Assembly: GCA_041649175.1 (NCBI GenBank)
Contig: JBAZNR010000001.1
Span: forward strand, 975,497-1,039,496
DNA length: 64,000 nucleotides
Direction: 5' to 3'
Source of the DNA: Candidatus Omnitrophota bacterium
Lineage (GTDB): Bacteria > Omnitrophota > Gorgyraeia > Zapsychrales > JBAZNR01
The notes under the pieces were generated by a model that did not search any database, was not told where the DNA came from, and saw only the letters and a list, made by a program, of their open reading frames with translations. A program made the position numbers and the translations under genes. Positions 17,560 to 27,479 of this stretch are shown piece by piece (within the stretch, counting starts at the first letter, position 1; every line of letters starts with the position of its first letter).

Positions 17560-19327
17560 AATCGTTTTAAAAGGAATTCCGGCGGCTCCGGGGGTTGCAT
17601 GCGGCCCGGCGTTTATTTTGGATAAACAGGACTTTATTATCCCGCCTCGGGCCATTATGGACCAGGAGATCCCCATTGAGATCGCGCGCTTTGAAGAGGC
17701 ATTGATGAAAACGCGTGATGAGATCGTCGTGATCCAAAAAAAGATCTCCGAAGAAATGGATACGCATCACGCCCAGATCTTTGATGCCCATCTTTTGGTC
17801 TTAGAAGACCGGACTCTCATCGAAGAAGTGATCAAGCGCGTAAAAAAAGAGAAATTATCCGTCGAATTCATATTTTCTAAGGTTTTAAAGAAATACATTA
17901 AAGTGTTCTCTAATATTCAGGATGAATATTTGCGCGAGCGTACCAGCGACGTCAATGACGTGGGCCGGCGTATTTTAAAGAATTTAGTTGATGAATCAAA
18001 ATTGCACGAACTGGATAATTTGCAAGAACAGCTGGTCATTGTCGCGCACGATCTTTCTCCGTCAGACACGGCTAGCATGTATAACAAGAACATCATTGCC
18101 TTTGCTACCGATAGCGGCGGACGAACTTCGCATACGGCTATTATGGCAAAATCTTTAGGGATCCCGGCGGTGGTTGGCCTTAAAGATGCGACACTGCGCG
18201 TTACTAATCAAGATTTTGTTATTGTCGACGGACGCATGGGGCTTTTGATCATTAACCCGACCGAAGCGACCGTGACCGTTTATCGCCACGAACAAGACAG
18301 AATCGAAGCCTTAAGAGACCGCTTTGATGATATTAAAGATTTGCCGGCGGAAACAACAGACGGAAAGAAAGTTAAGATCTCTGCTAATTTGGAACTGCCG
18401 GAAGAAATTCCTATGGTTTTAAAGAACGGCGCCGATGGCATCGGATTATACCGAACGGAATATTTCTATATGAATCGCATGGATCTTCCGTCCGAAGAAG
18501 AGCAGTTTGAGGCCTACAAACATGTCGCGCAGGCTGTTCTGCCGCATCCGGTCAATATCCGCACCCTGGATTTGGGCGGAGATAAATTCATTTCCAGCTT
18601 ACAAATTCCGCATGATATGCACCCCTTTCTAGGCTGGAGGGCCATTCGCTTTTGTTTAGCGCGTCCGGATATTTTCAAAACACAGTTACGGGCTATTTTA
18701 AGGGCGTCCGCTTACGGTAAATTAAAAATGATGTATCCGATGATCTCCGGTTGCTGGGAATTGCGCCAGGCCAATGTGATCTTAAATGAGGTCAAAGAAA
18801 ATTTACGCGAAGAAAAAGCCCCCTTTGATGAAAATATGGAAGTTGGCGTTATGATCGAGGTCCCTTCGGCGGCGTTAACGGCCGATCTTTTAGCCAAAGA
18901 CGCTAATTTCTTTAGCATTGGAACTAATGACCTTATTCAATATACGCTGGCGGTTGATCGGGCCAATGAACAGGTGGCGGATCTTTATGAGCCCGGACAT
19001 CCCGCGGTTTTACGCCTGATAAAAAGCGTTATTGATTCCGGGCATCAGAACAAACTTGAGGTAAGCCTTTGCGGAGAAATGTCCAGCGAACCGGCCTTGG
19101 CGCTTTTGCTTTTAGGGTTAGGATTGGATGTTTTTAGCATGCCGCCATTTAATATTTTGCAGATCAAAAAACTTATTCGAAGCGTAAGTTTTCAGGATGC
19201 GCAAAAAGTTGTCGCGCAGGCAATGACGTTTTCGACGGGCCAAGAGGTTGAAGAATTTAGCCGGCTTAAATTACGAGAGTTAGCTCCGCAGATCGTTAAT
19301 GCCGATAACGGCGGACGAAAAGCTTAA
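17552..19327 (+). CDS. ptsI: Phosphoenolpyruvate-protein phosphotransferase (PTS enzyme I)
   Basis: 591 aa. GGRTSHTAIMAKSLGIPAVVG phospho-His region and a C-terminal PEP-utilising TIM-barrel (GTNDLIQYTLAVDR). Confidence 0.9.
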   Translation: MSEIVLKGIPAAPGVACGPAFILDKQDFIIPPRAIMDQEIPIEIARFEEALMKTRDEIVVIQKKISEEMDTHHAQIFDAHLLVLEDRTLIEEVIKRVKKEKLSVEFIFSKVLKKYIKVFSNIQDEYLRERTSDVNDVGRRILKNLVDESKLHELDNLQEQLVIVAHDLSPSDTASMYNKNIIAFATDSGGRTSHTAIMAKSLGIPAVVGLKDATLRVTNQDFVIVDGRMGLLIINPTEATVTVYRHEQDRIEALRDRFDDIKDLPAETTDGKKVKISANLELPEEIPMVLKNGADGIGLYRTEYFYMNRMDLPSEEEQFEAYKHVAQAVLPHPVNIRTLDLGGDKFISSLQIPHDMHPFLGWRAIRFCLARPDIFKTQLRAILRASAYGKLKMMYPMISGCWELRQANVILNEVKENLREEKAPFDENMEVGVMIEVPSAALTADLLAKDANFFSIGTNDLIQYTLAVDRANEQVADLYEPGHPAVLRLIKSVIDSGHQNKLEVSLCGEMSSEPALALLLLGLGLDVFSMPPFNILQIKKLIRSVSFQDAQKVVAQAMTFSTGQEVEEFSRLKLRELAPQIVNADNGGRKA

Positions 19328-19329
19328 TC

Positions 19330-20064
19330 ATGAAAATCCTTATTTTGGCGGCAGGTTACGGAACAAGGCTTTATCCTTTAACGCTTAACGCGCCCAAACC
19401 GCTTTTAGCCGTCAATAAAAAGCCGATCATTGATTATCTTTTAGAAAAGACTGAAAAGATAAGCGGTATTACGGAAGTTTTAGTTGTTACCAATGAGAAA
19501 TTTTATTCTAACTTTACCAAGTGGAGCGCTGATAAGAAATATCCGCTTCCAATTACGATCGTTAATGACACAACAACAAGTCCGGAAGATCGGCTCGGGG
19601 CGGTTGGGGACATCGCGTTTGTTTTGAGAAAGCGCGCTATCAAAGAAGACTTGATGGTTTTGGGGGGCGATAATCTTTTTGATTATGCGCTGATTTCTTA
19701 TATTCGTGCGGCTGGGCAGAATAGCCCGCGGGTTACGATCGGTCTCTTCGACATTAAAGATCCGGCGCAGGCCAAGCAATTTGGCGTTGTCGGCCTTGAT
19801 GAGAATAACAAGATAACATCTTTTGAAGAGAAGCCCCAACAGCCTAAGTCCAGCTTGATCGCGATGTGTTTATATTATTTTCCCAAGGAATCTTTAGGCT
19901 TGTTCGAAAAATATCTTCAGACTGTAAAAAAAACTGATACGACTGGTGAATACATCAAATGGATCGCGCAACAAGAAGCGGTGTTCGGATATAAGTTCAG
20001 CGGCAAATGGTATGACATCGGCAGCATGGAGTCATACACGCAGGCACAGAAAGATTTTTCTTAA
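19330..20064 (+). CDS. Sugar-phosphate nucleotidyltransferase (NTP_transferase family, 244 aa)
   Basis: N-terminus MKILILAAGYGTRLYPLTLNAPKPLL is the G-x-G-T-R nucleotide-binding loop of glucose-1-P nucleotidyltransferases. Confidence 0.7.
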   Translation: MKILILAAGYGTRLYPLTLNAPKPLLAVNKKPIIDYLLEKTEKISGITEVLVVTNEKFYSNFTKWSADKKYPLPITIVNDTTTSPEDRLGAVGDIAFVLRKRAIKEDLMVLGGDNLFDYALISYIRAAGQNSPRVTIGLFDIKDPAQAKQFGVVGLDENNKITSFEEKPQQPKSSLIAMCLYYFPKESLGLFEKYLQTVKKTDTTGEYIKWIAQQEAVFGYKFSGKWYDIGSMESYTQAQKDFS

Positions 20065-20097
20065 AAAAAGTTAACTTTTAGAAAGGAAGGATGAACA

Positions 20098-21246
20098 GTG
20101 GAAGGGCGATATTTCTTAACATCAGAATCCGTCGGTAAGGGGCATCCCGATAAAGTGTGCGACCAAATCTCCGATGCAGTTTTAGACTCTGTTTTAAAAG
20201 ACGATCCCAAAGGGCGCGTGGCGTGTGAAAGTTTTATTTCTGCCGGAATGGTCATTGTCGGTGGCGAGATCACTACCACAACCTATGTGGACGTTCAAAA
20301 AGTTGTTCGAAACGTTTTAACTGGTATCGGTTATACGCATCACAAATATGGTTTTCATGCAGGAACATGCGCTGTGTTAAACGCCATCAACAGCCAATCG
20401 CCAGATATCTCGCAAGGCGTTGATTCGGGCGGGGCCGGGGATCAGGGAATTATGATCGGTTATGCCTGCGATGAAACTTCTGAGTGCATGCCGCTTCCCA
20501 TAATGCTCGCGCATAAGCTTGTCAAGAAAATGGAAGATGTCAGAAAGTCTAGAAGGTTGGATTATTTAGGTCCGGATTGCAAAAGTCAGGTCACCGTTGA
20601 ATACGAAGATGATAAACCGCTTCGTGTTGAAACAGTTGTTTTAGCCTGCCAGCATACGGAAGATATTCTTGACAAGACCGGGAAAAAGATCACCGAGAAA
20701 TCGCGCAATGAAATTATTGATGTTGTTGCCAAAGAAACTTTAGGGAAATATGTCGACAGCCGCACGAAATATTATGTTAATCAAACCGGAAAATTTGTCG
20801 TCGGCGGCCCGCAATCAGACACCGGAATGACGGGGCGTAAGATCGTTGTTGATACTTATGGCGGCGTTGTTTCTCACGGCGGCGGGGCTTTTTCCGGAAA
20901 AGATCCGACGAAGGTTGACCGTTCAGCCACCTACATGGCGCGCTATGTAGCCAAAAATATCGTTGCAGCCAAATTAACCAAAAAATGCTGGATCCAGCTT
21001 GGCTATGTCATCGGTAAAGCCGATCCGGTCAGCGTTATGGTGGATACATTCGGAACAGGAAAAGTCTCTAATCAAAAACTGGTCGAGTTGGTGCGCAAGC
21101 ATTTTGATCTAACGCCGCGCGGAATTATTGCGGAATTGGATCTACTGAAGCCTATTTATCAAAATACGGCCGCCTATGGGCATTTTGGGCGTAATGAATT
21201 TTCTTGGGAAAAACTAAACAAGGTTCAAGCACTTAAAAAAGGATAG
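20098..21246 (+). CDS. metK: S-adenosylmethionine synthetase
   Basis: [16 protein letters not shown] and [19 protein letters not shown] start with an AAGGAAGG RBS. Confidence 0.95.
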   Translation: MEGRYFLTSESVGKGHPDKVCDQISDAVLDSVLKDDPKGRVACESFISAGMVIVGGEITTTTYVDVQKVVRNVLTGIGYTHHKYGFHAGTCAVLNAINSQSPDISQGVDSGGAGDQGIMIGYACDETSECMPLPIMLAHKLVKKMEDVRKSRRLDYLGPDCKSQVTVEYEDDKPLRVETVVLACQHTEDILDKTGKKITEKSRNEIIDVVAKETLGKYVDSRTKYYVNQTGKFVVGGPQSDTGMTGRKIVVDTYGGVVSHGGGAFSGKDPTKVDRSATYMARYVAKNIVAAKLTKKCWIQLGYVIGKADPVSVMVDTFGTGKVSNQKLVELVRKHFDLTPRGIIAELDLLKPIYQNTAAYGHFGRNEFSWEKLNKVQALKKG

Positions 21247-21255
21247 TTAAAAACA

Positions 21256-22512
21256 ATGAATTACGACGTAAAAAATCTCGCACTCGCGAAAAAAGGAAAA
21301 CTGCGTATTGAGTGGTCCAGAAAAGATATGCCCGTTTTACGGCTTATTGAAAAACGTTTTGAAAAAGAAAAGCCGCTAAAGGGATTAACGATCAGCTGCT
21401 GTTTGCATGTCACGACGGAAACAGCCAATTTAGCGCGCGTTTTAAAAGCGGGCGGCGCGAAAACTTATGTTTGCGCGTCCAATCCCTTATCAACGCAAGA
21501 TGATGTGGCATCTTCTTTAGTTAAAGATTATGGAATTCCCACATTTGCCATTAAAGGGGAAGACACCAAAACTTATTACAAGCATATCAACGCCGTTTTG
21601 GATGCTAAACCGAATTTGACCATGGATGACGGGGCTGATCTGGTTTCCGTGGTTCATCAAAAACGAAAAGATCTGGCGGATAATATTTTAGCCGGCACCG
21701 AAGAAACAACGACCGGGGTTATTCGCTTAAAAAGCTTGCAAGCTCAAGGGCTTTTGATGTACCCCATTGTTGCCGTTAATGACGCGATGACCAAGCATTT
21801 TTTTGATAATCGCTATGGAACGGGTCAATCGACTATCGACGGAGTTATTCGTGCCACCAATCGTTTGATGGCGGGCGCTAATTTCGTTATCTGCGGTTAT
21901 GGCTGGTGCGGGCGGGGTTTGGCGATGCGCGCGGAAGGAATGGGCGCAAAAGTTATTATAACGGAAGTTGACCCTTTAAAAGCTTTGGAAGCAACCATGG
22001 ACGGCCATCAAGTGATGCCCATCAAAGACGCGGCAAAGATCGGTGATTGCTTTGTCACGGTAACCGGCGATATCAACGTTATTCGCGCCGAGCATATGCT
22101 TTTAATGAAAGACGGCGCTATTATGGCTAATTCCGGCCACTTTGACGCTGAACTTGATCTAAAAGGGCTTAAAAGAATCACAAAAGCAAGCAGGGCCATT
22201 CGTGATTTTGTCCAAGAATACACGCTTAAGAACGGAAAGAATATTTATCTTTTAGGCGAAGGCCGCTTGATCAATTTGGCTGCGGCCGAAGGGCATCCGG
22301 CGTCGGTTATGGATATGAGTTTTGCCAATCAAGCTTTATCCGCCGAATATGTCGCGAAAAATTATAAAAACCTCCAAAGAAAAGTTTACAGTGTCCCCGA
22401 AGATATTGACCGCATGATCGCCAAATTAAAACTGCAAGCACTCGGCGTTAAAATAGATACGCTCACCGAAGAGCAGAAGAAATATCTTAGTAGCTGGGAT
22501 ATGGGAACATAG
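21256..22512 (+). CDS. ahcY: Adenosylhomocysteinase
   Basis: 418 aa. NAD-binding [11 protein letters not shown] and [14 protein letters not shown]. Confidence 0.9.
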   Translation: MNYDVKNLALAKKGKLRIEWSRKDMPVLRLIEKRFEKEKPLKGLTISCCLHVTTETANLARVLKAGGAKTYVCASNPLSTQDDVASSLVKDYGIPTFAIKGEDTKTYYKHINAVLDAKPNLTMDDGADLVSVVHQKRKDLADNILAGTEETTTGVIRLKSLQAQGLLMYPIVAVNDAMTKHFFDNRYGTGQSTIDGVIRATNRLMAGANFVICGYGWCGRGLAMRAEGMGAKVIITEVDPLKALEATMDGHQVMPIKDAAKIGDCFVTVTGDINVIRAEHMLLMKDGAIMANSGHFDAELDLKGLKRITKASRAIRDFVQEYTLKNGKNIYLLGEGRLINLAAAEGHPASVMDMSFANQALSAEYVAKNYKNLQRKVYSVPEDIDRMIAKLKLQALGVKIDTLTEEQKKYLSSWDMGT

Positions 22513-22542
22513 ATTTGATGAGATAAGGTCTAGGGAGTTCTT

Positions 22543-23514
22543 ATGAAAAAGGGTATCAAAAAGATCGGCGTACTTTGTTCCGGCGGTGACGGCCCGGGAA
22601 TGAACGCGGCAATCCGCAGTGTGGTGCGCAGCAGCCTCGCTTACGGCATATCGGTCGGCGGAATTATGCGCGGTTACGAGGGATTGATCGACGATGAAAT
22701 TATTGCGATGGATCATCGCTCCGTTTCCAACATTATCAATCGCGGCGGAACGATTCTTAAAACGGCGCGTTCCAAAAGATTTAAAACGCCCGAAGGAATG
22801 AAAAAGGCGTTCGATGTTTTTAAAAAACACCGCATGGATGGCTTGATCGTTATTGGCGGCGATGGAAGTTATCGCGGTGCTGATGAATTTTATAAAAGAT
22901 ATAAAGTGCCGGTCGTTGGAATGCCCGGAACGATCGACAATGATCTATGCGGCACCGATCAGACCATCGGTTGTTCTACGGCAGTTAATACGGCGCTAGA
23001 GGCTATCGACAAAATTCGCGATACGGCGCATAGCATGGAACGGATCTTTATTGTTGAGGTTATGGGAAATTCTTCCGGTTATATTGCGATGCAAGTTGCT
23101 TTAGGCTCTGGCGCTGAAAGCGTTATTATTCCGGAAAGAAAATTTGATTATGAAAAACTTTTTACCGATGTCCAGGAAGGGTATCGTAAGGGAAAAATAA
23201 GCTGGATCGTTATTACCGCCGAAGGCGCCGGCAAGGCTCCGGATGTCGCGAAGAAGATCATGCAAACAACGGGGCTGGAAACACGGTTCGTTGTCTTGGG
23301 CCATGTTCAGCGCGGCGGGGTTCCGACGGCGTCCGACAGGATTTTGGCAACACGTTTAGGCGTGGCGGCGGTTGAATTACTGCTCAAAGGCATTTACGGA
23401 AAATCCGTTGGGGTTTTACAGGAAAAGATCAGCGTTGTTCCATTAGCACAAGCTTGTCATCGAAAGAAAAGTTATATTGACGAATATGACCGTTTGATGA
23501 AGCTTTTAAGATAA
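22543..23514 (+). CDS. pfkA: ATP-dependent 6-phosphofructokinase
   Basis: GVLCSGGDGPGMNAAIR, IVIGGDGSYRGA, MPGTIDNDL. Confidence 0.9.
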   Translation: MKKGIKKIGVLCSGGDGPGMNAAIRSVVRSSLAYGISVGGIMRGYEGLIDDEIIAMDHRSVSNIINRGGTILKTARSKRFKTPEGMKKAFDVFKKHRMDGLIVIGGDGSYRGADEFYKRYKVPVVGMPGTIDNDLCGTDQTIGCSTAVNTALEAIDKIRDTAHSMERIFIVEVMGNSSGYIAMQVALGSGAESVIIPERKFDYEKLFTDVQEGYRKGKISWIVITAEGAGKAPDVAKKIMQTTGLETRFVVLGHVQRGGVPTASDRILATRLGVAAVELLLKGIYGKSVGVLQEKISVVPLAQACHRKKSYIDEYDRLMKLLR

Positions 23515-23571
23515 ACATACATTCAGATCTTTTAACCACGATTAAGCAACAACAAGAGGGAGGATTCAAAC

Positions 23572-24891
23572 ATGTCTCAAGCTTTGGATATTGATGTTTT
23601 GGTTAGTGAGTTAATTACCAACGATGATATTTCGGCGAAACAAAAGATCGTCGGCGAGATCTTTAAAATGGCTAAGGCCAAGGGTATTTTCTTGGCTTCC
23701 ATTCATGATCTTTATAAAGCCCGCGGTGAAGGAAAGTGGAGCGATTTTACCGTTCCGGCGATGAATTTACGCTGTTTAACCTATTATTTGGCTAAGGCGA
23801 TCTTTCGCGTTGCCAACAAAACCAATGCGGGCGCTTTTATCTTTGAAATCGCCAAATCCGAAATGGGCTATACTGGCCAACCGCCGATCGAATATACGGG
23901 CGTTATTTTAGCGGCTGCAGTTAAGGAGAATTTCTCCGGCCCTGTATTCATTCAAGGTGATCATTGCCAATTAAAAGCCAAAGCCTTTTTTGCTGATCCC
24001 AAAAAAGAAGTAACCGCGGTTAAGCATTTGCTGGAAGACTGCATTGCTTCTGGTTTTTATAATATCGACATCGATAGCTCAACTTTGGTTGATCTTGATA
24101 AAAAAACTACTGCCGAACAGCAGGAGAATAATTTCAAGGTCTGCGCTGAGCTGACGGAACATATTCGCAAAATTCAGCCTGAAGGCATTATGGTTTCTGC
24201 CGGAGGCGAGATCGGTGAAGTTGGCGGGAAAAATAGCACCGTAGAAGAATTAAAAGCGTTCATGGACGGTTACTTGGCTTGTTTACCGCCCGGAACCGAA
24301 GGGATCAGCAAAATCAGCATTCAAACCGGAACATCGCACGGCGGCGTGGTTTTACCCGACGGCACGATGGCTCAGGTGAAAGTTGATTTTGATTGCATTA
24401 AAACTTTGTCAAAATATGCGCGCGACAATTACGGGATTTCCGGCGCGGTGCAGCATGGTGCGTCCACCTTGCCGTCCAACGCCTTTGGAAAATTCCCGGA
24501 AATGGACACCGTCGAGATCCATTTAGCGACGAATTTCCAGAACATGATGTTTGACAGCGTTTTGTTCCCTAAAGAACTTAAGGAAAAAATGTATCTGTGG
24601 GTGAAAAAGAATTGCGCGGATGAAAAGAAAGCTAATCAAACCGAAGAGCAATTTGTTTATTCAGCCCGCAAAAAGGCTTTAGGGCCGTTCAAGAAAGAAA
24701 TTTTCGCTTTGCCGGAAAAAATTAAAGAAGGCATTGCCCAAGAGATGGAAGCCAAATTTGATTTCCTCTTTAAACAGCTCAAAGTAGGAAATACAAAAGC
24801 GATCGTTGGGCAATTCATTAAACGCAAGGATGTTGAATTAGGGTTAAACAAACAAGCCAAAGCGATTTTAGATGGCGAGGGTGATGACTAA
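23572..24891 (+). CDS. Class II (zinc) fructose/ketose-bisphosphate aldolase family protein, long form (439 aa)
   Basis: IQGDHCQ and QTGTSHGG resemble the two Zn-binding His motifs of class II aldolases. Sits directly downstream of pfkA. Confidence 0.5.
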   Translation: MSQALDIDVLVSELITNDDISAKQKIVGEIFKMAKAKGIFLASIHDLYKARGEGKWSDFTVPAMNLRCLTYYLAKAIFRVANKTNAGAFIFEIAKSEMGYTGQPPIEYTGVILAAAVKENFSGPVFIQGDHCQLKAKAFFADPKKEVTAVKHLLEDCIASGFYNIDIDSSTLVDLDKKTTAEQQENNFKVCAELTEHIRKIQPEGIMVSAGGEIGEVGGKNSTVEELKAFMDGYLACLPPGTEGISKISIQTGTSHGGVVLPDGTMAQVKVDFDCIKTLSKYARDNYGISGAVQHGASTLPSNAFGKFPEMDTVEIHLATNFQNMMFDSVLFPKELKEKMYLWVKKNCADEKKANQTEEQFVYSARKKALGPFKKEIFALPEKIKEGIAQEMEAKFDFLFKQLKVGNTKAIVGQFIKRKDVELGLNKQAKAILDGEGDD

Positions 24892-24906
24892 TAAATGACG
24901 GCTCGG

Positions 24907-24985
24907 CTTACGCAGCGTTGTTGCGTAAGCCGATAGCCGGAATTTACCCCGCGTTTTGTTTTTGAAAAAACAGCGGGGGCGTAGG
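24907..24985 (+). terminator. Two consecutive stem-loops downstream of the aldolase gene and upstream of ilvC. Hairpin 1 is cggcttacgca-N7-tgcgtaagccg. Hairpin 2 is ccccgcgtttt...aaaacagcgggg, which is T-rich.
   Basis: Inverted repeats read directly. The second hairpin carries the U-tract. Could act as an intrinsic terminator and/or an ilvC leader structure. Confidence 0.4.
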
Positions 24986-25008
24986 TTTCTAATTTAAGGA
25001 GAATGTTA

Positions 25009-26001
25009 ATGGCTAAAATTTATTATGAGAAAGACACTGATTTAAATTTTATCAAAGATAAGACGATCGCGGTGATCGGTTATGGTATTCAAGGCCGCGG
25101 ACAAGCCTTAAATTTACGCGACAGCGGTTTAAAAGTTATTATTGGCCAACGGGAAGGTTCGGTCAATTACGATCAAGCTAAGAAGGATGGTTTTGAGCCC
25201 ATGGATGCCGCGGCCGCCGCAAAACAAGCGGACATTATTCAGATCTTGACGCAAGACCATGTTCAGGCTGAGATCTATAAGAAATCCATCAGAAAACATC
25301 TTAAAAAGGGGAAAACGTTGATGTTTTCTCACGGATTTAATATTCATTTTAAACAAATTGTCCCTTCGCCGGATGTGGATGTAGTAATGATCGCGCCCAA
25401 AGGGCCGGGTTCGTTGGTTCGTCGTCAATACGAAGAGGGAAAAGGAGTTCCTTGTTTGGTTGCCGTTCATCAAGACGCGTCAGGAAATGCGTTAAAGACT
25501 GCGCTCGCTTACGCGAATGGAATTGGCGGCGCTCGCGCCGGAATTCTTGAAACAACATTTAAAGAAGAAACCGAAACCGATCTTTTTGGCGAGCAAAGTG
25601 TTTTGTGCGGCGGTGCTTCAGAACTTATTAAAGCCGGATTTGATACGCTTGTGGAAGCCGGATATCAGCCGGAAATCGCGTATTTTGAATGCTTACACGA
25701 ATTAAAGCTCATTACCGACCTTATTTATGAAGGCGGCTTGCAAGGAATGCGCAAGAAAGTTTCTGATACAGCCGAATACGGTGATTATACGCGCGGCCCG
25801 CGTGTTGTCGATGCTAAAACGCGTAAAACCATGAAGAAAATTCTAGGCGAAATCCAATCCGGAAAATTTGCCCGCGAATGGATTAGGGAAAATAAGCAAG
25901 GCCGCCCCAATTTCAATAAATACCGCGAAGAAACAGCTGCTCTACAAGTTGAGAAAGTCGGTGCAGAGCTTCGTGGTATGATGCCTTGGATGAAGAAGTA
26001 A
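25009..26001 (+). CDS. ilvC: Ketol-acid reductoisomerase
   Basis: MAKIYYEKD...[21 protein letters not shown] (class I KARI). AAGGAG RBS 7 nt upstream of the ATG at 25009 (ORF track start 25003). Confidence 0.9.
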   Translation: MAKIYYEKDTDLNFIKDKTIAVIGYGIQGRGQALNLRDSGLKVIIGQREGSVNYDQAKKDGFEPMDAAAAAKQADIIQILTQDHVQAEIYKKSIRKHLKKGKTLMFSHGFNIHFKQIVPSPDVDVVMIAPKGPGSLVRRQYEEGKGVPCLVAVHQDASGNALKTALAYANGIGGARAGILETTFKEETETDLFGEQSVLCGGASELIKAGFDTLVEAGYQPEIAYFECLHELKLITDLIYEGGLQGMRKKVSDTAEYGDYTRGPRVVDAKTRKTMKKILGEIQSGKFAREWIRENKQGRPNFNKYREETAALQVEKVGAELRGMMPWMKK

Positions 26002-26022
26002 TTTAATCAAATCTTAGATTAC

Positions 26023-26061
26023 GAGCCCCGCTATTTTGTTAGTAATCAAGAAGCGGGGCTC
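26023..26061 (+). promoter_or_regulatory. Perfect 10-bp inverted repeat (gagccccgct-N19-agcggggctc) between ilvC and crcB. Terminator-like or an operator.
   Basis: Read directly. The trailing U-tract is weak (agtctttaaaaatcgtt). Confidence 0.35.
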
Positions 26062-26078
26062 AGTCTTTAAAAATCGTT

Positions 26079-26453
26079 ATGGACAAAATTCTTTACTTGA
26101 GCCTCGGAGGAATTGTCGGAACGCTGGCAAGATACGGCCTGGCGGGTGTGGTTTATCGATTTTTTGGGACGAGTTTCCCATTTGGGACATTTGCCGTAAA
26201 TATTCTAGGATGTTTATTGGTCGGATTCTTTGCCTCTCTTTCAGATAAAAAGTTTCTACTCGATCCCAATACGCGTTTGCTGCTTATGGTTGGCTTTTGC
26301 GGGGCCTTTACTACTTTTTCCACGCTTATTTTAGAAACGGATCATTTACTTAAAGACGGTGAAATGATCAAAGCTTTTTTAAATATTTTGCTAAGCGTTG
26401 TGGTTGGTTTTATTGTTTTTAGGGTTGGCATTTTCTTGGGAAAAATCATATAA
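26079..26453 (+). CDS. crcB: Fluoride ion channel CrcB/FluC
   Basis: 124 aa, four TM helices. GGxxGTLARY and FPFGTFAVNILGCLLVGF are the CrcB signature. Confidence 0.85.
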   Translation: MDKILYLSLGGIVGTLARYGLAGVVYRFFGTSFPFGTFAVNILGCLLVGFFASLSDKKFLLDPNTRLLLMVGFCGAFTTFSTLILETDHLLKDGEMIKAFLNILLSVVVGFIVFRVGIFLGKII

Positions 26454-26475
26454 TCATCAGAAAAGAGAATAGGCT

Positions 26476-26805
26476 ATGAAAATTCCGGCAGACGGAAAAT
26501 TACTAAGAATTTTTATCGGCGAGGCCGACAAATGGCAGGGCAAACCTCTCTACGAAGAGATCATTTATCTGGCTAAAAAAGAAAAAATGGCCGGGGCAAC
26601 CGCCATCAAAGGTTTTATGGGTTTCGGCTGTAAAAGCCACTTGCATACGGCCAAGCTTTTAAGGCTTTCGGAAGATCTTCCGATCATCATTGAAATTGTG
26701 GACAGCGAAGAAAAGATCAATCAATTTTTGCCGCATTTAGATGAGATGGTCAAAGAAGGATTGATCACTTTAGAAAAAGCCAATGTGGTTATGTATCGGG
26801 CTTAA
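26476..26805 (+). CDS. DUF190 (PII-like) protein, the family typically encoded next to crcB
   Basis: 109 aa. GFMGFG motif. Sits immediately downstream of crcB. Confidence 0.6.
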   Translation: MKIPADGKLLRIFIGEADKWQGKPLYEEIIYLAKKEKMAGATAIKGFMGFGCKSHLHTAKLLRLSEDLPIIIEIVDSEEKINQFLPHLDEMVKEGLITLEKANVVMYRA

Positions 26806-26808
26806 GAA

Positions 26809-27462
26809 ATGAATACAGTTATGCAAAACAAAGCCGAAGTTCAAAATAATTCTACGATCAAGCTTCACCTCGGATGCGGGACGAATAAATTGTCCGGCTG
26901 GGTCAATATTGATTCTGTTAAAGACTGTCAGCCCGATTTAGTTCACGATATCATGCGTCCTTTGCCGTACGCGGACCAAACGGTCGATGAGATCTTAGCG
27001 GAAGACCTCCTCGAGCATTTTGATAAATATATGCGCTATATTGTTTTTGGCGATTGGGCGCGGGTTTTAAAAATCGGTGGCACAATAACCATTCGTGTGC
27101 CAAACTTTAAAAAGCTTCTTTTCCGGTATTTTAAATTTGGGTTTGATAATTTAGTGGATATGGCCTTTGGAGAGAATATGTGGCGTTCAGAAATTTATTT
27201 AGGGCATTTTGGCAATCACAAATGGGGTTATTCGCCCGAGAGTTTAAGCGCTTTTGTGAAAAATTTTGGCATTACTTCATCAAAAGTTACTCTCGAAGGC
27301 CTTAACATCAAGCTAGTCGGTTCCAAAGACCGACACGCGACCACTGATGAACTAAATAAACTGATGATTTACGCACATGCCAACAAAACGGGCCAAGGGA
27401 AACCATTCCTTTCGCTTGGGTTTGTTAGGGAAAAAATCAATAAATTTCAAAACTCAATTTAA
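26809..27462 (+). CDS. Class I SAM-dependent methyltransferase (Methyltransf_11-like)
   Basis: IKLHLGCGTNKLSGWVNID motif I and a LKIGGTITIRVPN post-I region. Confidence 0.55.
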   Translation: MNTVMQNKAEVQNNSTIKLHLGCGTNKLSGWVNIDSVKDCQPDLVHDIMRPLPYADQTVDEILAEDLLEHFDKYMRYIVFGDWARVLKIGGTITIRVPNFKKLLFRYFKFGFDNLVDMAFGENMWRSEIYLGHFGNHKWGYSPESLSAFVKNFGITSSKVTLEGLNIKLVGSKDRHATTDELNKLMIYAHANKTGQGKPFLSLGFVREKINKFQNSI

Positions 27463-27479
27463 AATAAAAGGTGATAAAA

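Noticed and set aside
22426-22830. 134-aa minus-strand ORF spanning the ahcY/pfkA junction
   Set aside because: It overlaps two well-supported + strand genes and has no motif or RBS support.
26002-26078. Fluoride riboswitch expected upstream of crcB
   Set aside because: None of the conserved crcB-motif blocks were recognisable by eye; only a simple inverted repeat is present. An Infernal search is needed to be certain.
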